64,000 bases of DNA from Lama guanicoe. Taxonomy: Eukaryota. The stretch covers positions 9,534,898 to 9,598,897 of the forward strand of contig MU054212.1 of the NCBI GenBank assembly GCA_013239625.1, written 5' to 3'. The notes under the pieces are model-generated. The model made no database searches. It was not told the origin of the DNA and saw only the letters and a program-made list of their open reading frames with translations. A program made the translations under genes and the position numbers. Below, piece by piece: positions 34,901-45,500 of this stretch. The number at the start of each line of letters is the position of its first letter. Within the stretch, counting starts at the first letter, position 1.

Positions 34901-36402
34901 GCTTGTCTCATTACCATGTGAGATTCGTAGGGGTCAGGGATGGAGAAGCACAGACCCAAGTCAACCAGTCAGCCAACCAATCGACAAAGAACTCCCCAAT
35001 ATCCAATTTTACAAAGTTTCCAGAATCATCTGATACTTTTCATTCCAACAGGGGTGTAGGTTCTGGGGTTTCAGAAGGGAAGCCCTTAGAACCTCGGTGC
35101 TATTATTATGGCAAAGGCCAGGGGGAGACACAACAGCTCACAAGACACTGCACCTGGAATGACATCTTCACTGGGGAGATGTTTTGGGGTTTGGAATATA
35201 TGGTCCAGCAGCTCGTCCTTCAGACCAGCTGTGGGTCATGAGTAAATTCAAATTCAGCTTTTATGACTTCCCCTCCCAACCAAGTCCTTGATAAAATTTT
35301 TCGACAGAAAGGCACAGAGACAAAGGCCATGGCTAGCTCTGGGGACCTCGCTCCCTGTCCACCCAGCTCTGAGTGACCCTGGGCACCTTCGCCATTGCCC
35401 CCCATTAGGTGACATGATGCCAGGTGAGGCCTGGCAGGGCCCACTTAAAACTGGTGCCCAGCTCCCAAGCAGGGCCCACCCTGGGCAAAACAGTGGTTCG
35501 TAATTCACCATCACCTTCCCCCAGTTTGACAAATTCATTCTAGAACATTGCCAAAAGTTGTCTTCAAGACTGACTTTGAGCTGCCAGTTTTTGGAATCCA
35601 GCCTCTCCACCTTTGGAAAACCTGAACCTGGTTCATTTCCAGGCTCTGTGATGCCTCAAAGACGACCCTCAGCGGCCCCAAGAGCCCATCTGCCTGTTTC
35701 ATCTGCCTTCCCAGGGCCACGGCTCCCAGTTTGCTCTGGCCTGGGGATTCGATCTCATTTACAGGACTAAATGTGATCTCCCTGCCTTGTTTGCCCCTCC
35801 AGGCGTTTCCCACGGAGCCACGGGCCTCCTCGGGGCAGAGTGAGGAGCACTCCAGGCTGGAACCGGACTGCAGGAGCTCTGACCTGGACCAGAAATCACT
35901 TAGGGCAATAGCGACAGCAAGGGGAGATGAGAAGGGAGGAGGGGACAGCCAGGGGGCCAACGGAAAGTGAGCCCTAGGGAGAGGGATGCTTACGACCTTG
36001 AACACCAGCTGACACGCTGGAGCTGCACCTTGGATTCGGGTCCCCGCCCCCTCTTCTTCTCCCACCACGTTCACAGAGCAGATCACCTGCCGGGTGTGAC
36101 CTGTGACTGCAAGGCCCCTACCCACCGCCTGCCAAGCGGTCTTGAATCCCACCATTCAGCTCACCTCTTTGGGGTCAGCACTACTGTCTCTAGAATTCTC
36201 TTTTAAAATGCAAAATCACCTTATCCCTGCAGTCAACCGCTAACACTTCAACACATTCCTTCATCAGGTCCTGATCCTCCTGCCTCAGAGCACTTGACTG
36301 GGGGTAGGGGGCGGGAGAGGGGCATTTTCCCCGGAGATGGGGCGTCCTCTTAGGCAGCCGACCTCTCCCGGCTCTGTCGGGGACACACCATCCTCCTTAG
36401 GT

Positions 36403-36715
36403 CTTTTTTTATTTGAAGATAAAATTTACCAACAGTGAAAGGTACATGTCTTAAATGTATAATTTAATATGTTTTGACAAATACAAACACTGACGTATCC
36501 TGCACCTCTGTCAAGACGGAGAACAATTCCATCTCCCCAGAAGGTTCCCTCATGACCATTTCCGGGCAGCCTCCCAGCCTCCTCCAAGGCACCCAGTGTT
36601 CTGACATTTTCCACCACAGTCTGGGTTTGCCCGGTCTACAACTTCATACGTAACGTACTGATGTGTGTCTGGCTTCTTTCACTGGGCTTAATGTCTGTGA
36701 GATTCACCCCTGTAG
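36403..36715 (-). mobile_element. Old L1M (L1MC/ME-like) 3' end fragment
   Basis: T-rich start, then ttttgacaaatac...gtcaagacggagaacaattccatctccccagaaggttccctcatg...tgtgtctggcttctttcact...tgagattcacc. Confidence 0.8.
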
Positions 36716-37084
36716 TCTGGGCCTGGGACCCCAAGGGCCCTCCATTAATGCATCCCCTGCCCTCCGGGTGCTCCGTGGGGCCTGCTGGGTGATGGGCAGA
36801 GGCACTGCCACCAGGGGGAGCTCCTGGGCAGCTGGGCACTGGGCTCGCCTCAGCCCCGTAGATGAGCAAAGGATTAGAGGTGTCCAGTGGAGTTAGGGTG
36901 AGAGGGCCAGGAGGGTGGGCTCTGAACCCAGGGCCTTAGGGGAACTATGGCTGAGCCTTGGGATCCAGGAGCATCTTGAAAGTGAGCATAAAATAGCCCA
37001 AGGACATTCAAGTGCTCCCTCTTGTGGAGAAGGACTCTGGCTTTTCTCACCGTGACACCCACCACCCAGGTTCCAGCCAGACCC

Positions 37085-37350
37085 ATCTCTGCTTTGTCAC
37101 TGCAGTGACCTCTTAACTGTCCCTTGCTTCCACCTCATCTTCTGTAGTCTGTCTCCAGACAGCAGCCAGAGCAAGCCGGGCACGTCCCTCCTCTGCTCAA
37201 AGCCTCCTGTGTTCTCTGTTTCACTCCGAATAAAATGGAAAGCCTTTTAAACGGTCTGCTACATCCTACGTAGGCTCCGTGCCCATCCTCGCTACCCACT
37301 CCTTCTCTGTCTTCCCTCGTCCCACCCCAGCCACATGGGGCCCTGTCCCG
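37085..37350 (+). mobile_element. L2 LINE fragment
   Basis: ccagacagcagccagag...cctctgctcaaagcctcctgtg...cactccgaataaaat...ccagccaca. Confidence 0.7.
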
Positions 37351-38634
37351 ACCTTGAACACCGGCTGACACGTTGGAGCTGCGCCTTTGATTGGGGTTCT
37401 TGTTACTGTCTGCCCCTCCCCCGACCTGTAAGTCCTGGGAGGGCAGCCCAGCGCCTCCACAGGGCCTGGCTGTGCTCGCTAACCTGTGACACAATTTCAT
37501 GGATGGATGAAAAGGTTCCCTCAGTTTCCCAAAGGAGTCTGTGACCCAGAAGGGTTAAGAACCCCTAGGCAGGACCAGAGCAGCCTGGTCAGTGCCAGGC
37601 CAAGGAAAGAGGGTTTCCCATGCAGTCACGGTGGGGACCAGGTGGACAGAGGGACAGAGGAGGCACAGTGAAGAGAAAGGAGGGGTTCCTTATTAGCAAG
37701 TGAGTCCAGGGCTTCCTGAAGGCAAAACATACAGCATTTCTTAAACGCACTTGTTGCAAAGATTTCCTTGATTTATGCTGTTTCATTACATCCATCCCTT
37801 AGAAGTGAGGTGGATGACGAGGGGTGGGGAGAGTGAGGTCAGCAGCCTGGTCATCTCCGGGCTGGGAGGCTCCTGAGAGCGAGGGTCCCGGGGTCGGGTG
37901 TGGGGACCAAGGAGCAGGCAGAAGACCAGAAAGGGTGTCTCAGGGACCACTTGGAAGCCTCCCGCTTGGAGAGTCTGGCTCATGAAGACAGGAGGAGCAA
38001 AGGAGTGGATGAAAGGAACAGTATCCAAGAAGAGACCCTGGGAGGGAGAGGCACGGCGGCCTGGCTGAGGACGAAGGCATCGGGGACTTGGCCGGCTCCC
38101 GCGGCGGCGAGCCCTGCAACCTCCAGCTCCCTCACTCACTTAATGTTTGCAGTTAAGTATTTACAGATATGTTCCCATGGCAACCGAGGCTTCAAAGTTA
38201 CTCTTCAGAATTCTGTTTTCTCAAATATGTTTCTCTGGTTGATTGCACAGAATTTCCTGGAAGCTGGCCAGCCCCGTGCTTTTGTGTCTTTGACCCTCCC
38301 CCTCCAGATTCCTGTGCCTTTGGCCCCCACTTCTCACCTTCTAAACAGACCCTCTTGGGGCCCATTCTCCCCCAGCTGCTGTCAGGCTGTTCCAGGGCCT
38401 GGAGTTCAGAGCCCCCTGTCCTTCATCATCTGGCAAGCCCTGAGCCTGGGGGCTCCCTCTGAGCTCCTTGAGGTCCCCTGAAGGAGGGGCCTGCCCCCTT
38501 CACCTCTGACCCCCAGCACCTGGCCCAGGACCTGGTAGATGTAACCCCTGCATTGTAGACTGTCACTGACTGCACCCCAGGTAGGATCTCGCACCCCAGC
38601 ACTTCCACAGCAATGCCTGCGTGGTCCTTGTACT

Positions 38635-39200
38635 CCGCATCCACACATCTATTCCCGAGCCCCTACTCCAGGCCAGGTACCCGGCAAGGTGCCGAGATAC
38701 AGGGAGGAACAAGGAGTCCCTGCCTGCATGGAGCTCACCCCTGAGTAGGGAGAGGAAGACGATGGATGAAAAATGATCAGGGCAATGGTCTGTACCATCA
38801 ATAAAATAAAACAAGGTGGCAGCTGGGGCAGCTTGGGCCACATCAGCAGGCAAGTCAGACAGGCCTGGGTGAGAGGGATGGGTAAGCTGAGTCGTGATGA
38901 GAAGTGATTACGGGGGAGAGAGAACAGCTGATGCAAATGCTGGAGCAGTGATGTTTGAGGAGCCAAGAGGCCAGGGAGGGAGGGAGAGGGTAGCTGGAGG
39001 CGGAGTCAGAGAGGCAGCAGGACCAGGGGAGGTAAGGGCCTGGGACTCTCACCTGAGTGAGACAAATGGAAGCCTCTGGAGAGTTAAGCAGCAGAGAGAC
39101 AGGTTGTGATGGGGCCACTGTGTGGAGAATGGACTGTGGAGGCAAAGGTGGAGGCAGGGAGATGGAAAGGCGGAGTCCAGTCATCAGGAGAGAAGGGGGC
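38635..39200 (-). mobile_element. L2 LINE 3' region
   Basis: gtccctgcctgcatggagctcac...tgtttgaggagccaagaggcca...ggaagcctctggagagttaagcag...tgtgtggagaatggactgtggaggcaaaggtggaggcagggaga. Confidence 0.8.
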
Positions 39201-40294
39201 AGCGGATGGAGGAAAGTTGCCTCAGCCTGAGTGAGAGCCTACCAAGGGACTCCCACTGCCCCCATGTCCTCACGCGCTCTCGTCTCTGCCTGATTCCTCG
39301 TCCCTGTCCCCCACCAGGCCTGCCATGCAAGGAGGCAGAGGTCGGGGCATCACCCCCTACATAGTGGGCGCTCACTGATTGCTTGCTGCATTGGATCCCA
39401 CACCCCCGCAGGGCGCCCAGCACAGTCCGTCCCTGAGGGCAGAGACACGGCTTCCCCACAGCCCCTGGAAGCAGCGCTCTCCCCAGTAGCTTATAGGATG
39501 AGGGCTCCGGGAGAGCCCCCAGGACAGGAGTTCTCCCTCCATCTCACTGCACCCGCGGCCGCTTCAGGCAAGGCAGGGGGTTGGACCAAATGGTTTCTCC
39601 CAGCTCGGCCTTGTCTGACTGCGCCTCCCAGGGGAGTGGGCACTCCTGCTCCGTGCGGCTCCCCCTCCCATCCATGAGCCCCAGGAGCCCATCTGGGGAG
39701 GTGCTGGGAGCCCAGGCTGAACCATCGCTCTGTGACGGACTTTGCTGGGAACAAGAAGGTGCTGACTCTGCTAATGGTTCATTGAGTAGCTGTATATCTG
39801 TTATAAATGGTTTAAGTCACAGGCATTTAATTGATGTTATAAATATGATATTTACGACAGAGTATGGGAAACGCTGCATTGTCTTTTTACTGTATGTACA
39901 TCACGGAGCCTGGATGTCTCTCCACCTTTGGCCTTCTCCCTGCTGTGCTGTCCTCACCACCACTGTCCAGACTGCTGGCCCGCTCTGGGCTTGGGCAGGT
40001 GAAGGAGGAGGCAGGCTGTTGGTGTAGGAAGGCGGACCAGCTCTGGTTTGCCCACCTGGGGAGGACCTGCAGGAGGGTGTGTGGGGCTGGGGCCACTCTC
40101 CAACCCTCAGGAACATATGACCTTATCAAGGAGCAAACACGCATACACACAACATGCATGGCAAGGATTATACAGAGGCTAGGGGAAGTTGTGGGGGGTG
40201 CTGATGCAAGCAAGGAAGGCTTTCGGGAGGAGGGAGGCTTTGAGGTGGACTTTGTGTCAGGGTAGGATTTAGAGAAGGAATGAAGAGAGAAGGG

Positions 40295-40430
40295 GCTGAG
40301 GGCCACGACTTCAGAGTCATGCACATCTGGATTCCAATCCAGTCGTTACCATTTAATTTTTGCGTGACTACAGGCAAGTAATTTAGTCCTTTTGAATCTC
40401 AAAGACCTCATTGTAAGATAGGCACTATCA
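40295..40430 (+). mobile_element. MIR SINE fragment
   Basis: agagtcatgcacatctggattccaatcc...gcgtgactacaggcaagtaatttagtcctttt. Confidence 0.6.
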
Positions 40431-42015
40431 CTAAAGCAGAGCCATCACCTCCTCTATTCTGGACATCATACTTCTCTTAAGATGACCATATCACAAGGTG
40501 AATCTCATTAGGACTCTTCAAGCTGGCTATTCCTGAGTAGCCCCAGGCCCACCTTGTAGTCATGTTGGAGGGGGTGAACAGCTGGGGCCAGAGTGAGGGG
40601 GCTCTTGAAAGTCAATCAGAGGGAACAGAAAATAAGGCCACATTCCAGATTCTTGTGTTTGGGAATGGAGGATCAGGGGAGCGGAGGAATGCCAGTCTGG
40701 TGGGGGGGTGTAGGGTATCGCATGGGAGGAGTTGGAGGCGGAGGGGCTGGGCCTGAACTTGGCTGGCATGCCACCCCCACGCTGCTTTCTGCTCTGCCCC
40801 TCTGGCGTCTCACTCTCTGTAGGAGCCTCATTGTTTCAGCCTGCCTCTCATCCACCTTTGTCAAGGACCCTCAGGGCAGCAGCAAGGATTCCAAGAACTT
40901 GGGCTCAAAGCCAAGTCATAGATGTCATCCCATTGCACCCACTCCACACGCCCCGTCTTCTGACCTCTGAGAGTCCTACCCTCTCTCCCCTCCCTCACAC
41001 CCTGAGCGCCTTTATGGGAGGTCAGGGAGCTACCACACCCCAAAGCTCAATCAAGAAAGGGCAGCAGCTGGAATGACTTCTCAACATCACTGAGTCTAAT
41101 TTCCATGGCTGAAGGCAGAGGTCATTTAAAACTCAGGCCAGTCTAAAAACTCAGGTGAGCCAAAGAGTTGGACAGCACGCACATTGCTTTGTTTGTACTT
41201 GGGAACTTATGTTGACTTTCACACTGAGCACGTTGGATGCTAGAGGGAATTTGGCATTTTAGGAAAAGCCCCAAGAATACACTGGAAGAAATTTCTGGTG
41301 CCCACGGGCCACGCCCTCCTGGGGAAGATCTGTGGAGTTACCCGCATGGGGCCCCACCACGTCACAGCCCGCTCCCTCACCCCTGCTTCTACCCTCTCCT
41401 GCTGCCGGAAGGGGCTGGGGAGAGGGCGGCTCTTGTCAGTATCCACAGGACTTGAGTCCCAAAAGTAGAAAGTACCCCTTCCACGTAGGGGGCCAGAAAC
41501 CTCACACTGCCCCGATCCCCTTGTCACCGCGGCAGGCAGCCCCCTCCTGTAGCCCCCACTTCAGCAGCCAGCCTCAACTCACTCTCAGCCTCTGGGAGCC
41601 CCCTTCTGATGGAGAGACAGGCTGAACAAAGGGTGGCTGGCCCTGTGATTACCGAGGAGGGAGAATGCAAGCCAGGGACCACATGGGGAGGTAGGTGCTG
41701 CGGTGATACTGGGCAGCACAGGACTCCCAGTCTAGGTTTCCTGGAGGCGGTGCGGGGGAGGGAGGGGCAGGACTAGCGAGGACAGAAGCCTGGGGACATT
41801 GGGATGGGGGCACAGCAGAGTTTCGTGGGGGTGGAGAGGTGGAGGACCGTGGGTTGAAGCAGTATCAGAGGAGTGTGGTGGGTCCTGCAGGTTAAACCCT
41901 TCTCCCAGACCCATCTTTGGGAGAGCAGGTCTGGGGACGGCTGTGGTCACTTGCAAATGGCCTAGCTTTGCTTCCTGTTCATTTTCCTTCTAGGTGACAG
42001 TGTCATTGAGTGGTT

Positions 42016-42523
42016 AGAGCAGCCAGGAGCGCAGGCTGTCTGAGGACACGGCATACCAGCCAGATCAGAGCAAAGCGGGCAGAAAATGGAGGTGTTGGGA
42101 TGCAGAGTGGGGAGGGGGCACCATCCTGCAGGAATTGGGGGCCCCTGGAGGGTGCTGAGCAGGAAGGAAACTGGACATCATGTGTCAGTGGCCTCTGGAA
42201 GGAGGGGGGATGAGGAAACAAAGCTGGCAGAGGATGGCTGTCAGGAACTGGCTGCAACTGCCCCGGTGACAGAGCAGCCAGGAGCGCAGGCTGTCTGAGG
42301 ACACGGCATACTAGCCAGATCAGAGCAAAGCGGGCAGAAAATGGAGGTGTAGGGATGCAGAGTGGGGAGGGGGCACCATCTTGCAGGAATTGGGGACCCC
42401 TGGAGGGTGCTGAGCAGGAAGGAAACTGGACATCATGTGTCAGTGGCCTCTGGAAGGAGGGGGGATGAGGAAACAAAGCTGGCAGAGGATGGCTGTCAGG
42501 AACTGGCTGCAACTGCCCCGGTG
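42016..42523. repeat. Direct tandem duplication: two 253-bp copies, period 255 bp
   Basis: 42016-42268 and 42271-42523 aligned by eye with 4 substitutions and no indels. The repeat is also visible as a duplicated peptide in ORF 42003..42533. Confidence 0.97.
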
Positions 42524-45500
42524 TTCTTAGCACTCCCTTGGGTTCTTATTCAGGTGGCCTGGGGTGAATGAGAGCCGGTCAGAGGCTGGAGGCTGGGGGC
42601 AGAGGGTGGGCAAGTACGAGCAGGGCTCGCAGCTCTCTAGACACTGTGTCTGGGAGGAAGGCGGGGCCCTGCTCTGGTCCAGCCGTGTCCCCTCCTCCCG
42701 CCCACCACCCCGAGCCCCTGCAAGGTGGTGCCGGTGCCGTCAGCCCAGCCTGCTTCTAACCCAAGAGACTAACATTTGAAATCCTTGCAGAGGACTCCTT
42801 CCTTCACTACCCCTCCAACCCCCAAAAAGGAAAACAGTCGTTGAAATTGAAAAATGGTGCTCAGTGAAGGGTTTAAAGACATTTTGAATTTAAAATATAT
42901 TTTAAAGGTCATTTTCAGCAGTAATTATGTTATAATGGTGGGGCTCTTAGCAAAAGGCAGAGGCCCACGGTACGGGGAGACCAAAGGGGAAGCGGCAAGA
43001 GCTGGTCCCCTGGAGCCCCCAGAACGCAGCGGGGGTGCGGGATTGAAGGGGGCATGACATCTCCATCTGAGAGCCAGTGTCAGGGTCACCTCTAGGTCCC
43101 CAGGAACAGGGGACTACGCAGTTCAGCTTGGCCCTGGCCCAGAAGGGTCCTCCAAGACCTCCCCTGGAGTGTGGCATCTGGGCTTCCGGGGCTCACAGGA
43201 CCCTCATGGGGGCAGAGACTGGCGAGTCCGGCCCTCCTTCTGTCCTGCCTGCTCACCCCCGCGCCCCACCCCAAGGAACAGCCTTTCCTCCTGCTTCCTG
43301 CCGCTCACCCTGGGGGCTCCCTGGCAGCAAGCTCCCCAAACCATTCAGAGGCCAGCTCCCCGCAGCCTTGCGGTGAGGTGAGCGTGGTGCTGGGCCAGAC
43401 CTGTACCCACTGCTTCCGGAGCTCGGGCTGGGGCGGGATGAACCCGCAAGAGGCCTGCATCTCTGTACTCCTAGACTGCTGGGAACAGACCGAGGACATG
43501 ACAACATGGGCTCCTTATTTAAGCCTCAACGTTTTCTGTCCTACATGCCCAAGGAACAAGCCCACCCACCCTTTGGCCTACTTTTCTCCCTCTCAGCAAG
43601 CGCACCCATTCTTTGCAGGAAGCCTCACCCACACAGATGCGTAAGCTTGTTTGAAGCAGCACACACGGTTGAGTGCCTATTGTTAATTCTGGAAGGGCTG
43701 GCCAGGCCTTGGGGGGATGGGGGTGCTTCCTGAAGAAGGCTGGACAGGGGACAGTGGGGAGAGAAGATAGTACGGAGAGCAGAGGAGAAGGGGTGAGTCT
43801 GGGCATGTAGGAGGAGCTGGAAGGGCAGTTGGAGGTAACCTGGGAGGGCTTCATGTAGGAGGTGTGTGGGGCATGAGTACATGGACATACCAACAAAATA
43901 ATGAAGAACCAGGGTCAGTGAATAAAGAAATAAGCTATTGCCTCAGCCCCTCCCAAGCTGCAGACACTGCCAGCCCAACTGGGGAGAGGCAGGCTGGCTC
44001 ACCAGGGTTCTGCGGGTTCCCAAAGGCAGCAGAGCCCTGGCTATGGGATGAGGGGCACAGAATTGGCCTGGGACAAGCTCTCTGCATTGTCCTGCCTTGA
44101 GGGGCTCTGTCCCCATGGGCTTCTTTTGGGGGAGGAGCAACCAACCTGGCGGTGGTCCCCTTTTCTGCACAGCCCTGAGACGGTGGCATGGCGGTGGGCG
44201 TGCCTGGGTCTCCGGGAAGGGCAGACAAACGGAGATGGGGGCTGCTGGTCCTCGGATTCCCGGGGAGGAGCCAGCGAGGGCGTGGGTAGCCAGTTGATGG
44301 GGGTCATGGCCCCGGGACCAGAGCCCTGGATGGGCGAAGGATGGAGGGAGGCAAAATGTAAAAATATCCCGGAGAAATGCTGCGCTGGGATACAGTGTTA
44401 TTAAACTAAAGCATCTTATAAAACTCAAGCCATTAATAACAGGCTGCCGCCACGTCGGGGTAATTTATTCAAATTGCGGGTCCGGGATAGAGGAGCAGAT
44501 GTTTCAGAGCTGCTGGTGTCACGGAATGAGTTCCAAGGGAGGAGGGGGTGGGTCTGTGTTCCTGAGGGGCGGGGAGGGGCCCTTCAACTCGGCTTAGCAA
44601 CAGTCCCTGCCTTCCAAGGAGGTGGAGACGTCGCCCTAGGCTGCTGGAAGCCGGGAGGAGGGATCCCGCAGAGGACAGCTAATTTAGCTCAACAAGTGCC
44701 TGGAGAGAAGACCAGGGGTTGAGGACAGGCAGGCAGGTCCCCCTTTGCTCCCATCTTATCCAGCTGAAATGTCACCTCCTACTCAAAGTTATCCTAGATT
44801 TTTGCAGACCCACAGCGTGGTGCTGGGAATGAGAGGGACCTGGGTTCCTTCCCAGATACACCTACCCACCCATCAGCAGGTAAACCTCTGGGCCTCAGTT
44901 GCCTCATCTATACAATGGAGCAATGTTATTGCCTAATATTATCTAAGTCATGGAGTTGAGAGAAGGGGACAGTTACCCATGGCAGAGGGGAGGGGTTGAG
45001 GTCTGTTGGTTTCCTGTACTGCACCTTAAGGCCCTCACTTGTGGGTTAACTTAGTGTATTGAGAGGTCTTTTACGGTTTCCTAATGGTCTCATTGCTTTT
45101 AACCCAGTCCCAGCCAGACTATAAACCCCTTGTGGTCAAGAATCACGTTGGCAGGGCTCACCTGTACCGGGTGTGGTGTGCACACAATGGACGCTCAGTC
45201 AGCGCTTATGGAACTGCCTGTGGGCGGTGACTGCAGCGGGCAGGACGCCTGCGCCTTCCTTCCCTAGTGGGGAAGAGGCAGCGAAGCTCACACGGTCCTC
45301 CCCTTGGGCTCCCGTTCCTCCAGCACAGTCCCCTGGGTCTTGGTCAAACCTGGGTCCCAGTGGGGGCTGGGGGCCTCAGGCTCAAAGTCTGGCTGCAGTT
45401 TCCAGGACAGAGACCAGGAAGGCCAGCCGGCCCCTGGGCTGCAGAACTTCTGCAGACGAGAGCCCTCCTGCCTGGTTTCGCCATTCTGACACAGCAAACA

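Noticed and set aside
42003..42533. 176-aa ORF with an internally repeated peptide
   Set aside because: It is a by-product of the 255-bp DNA duplication, whose period is a multiple of 3.
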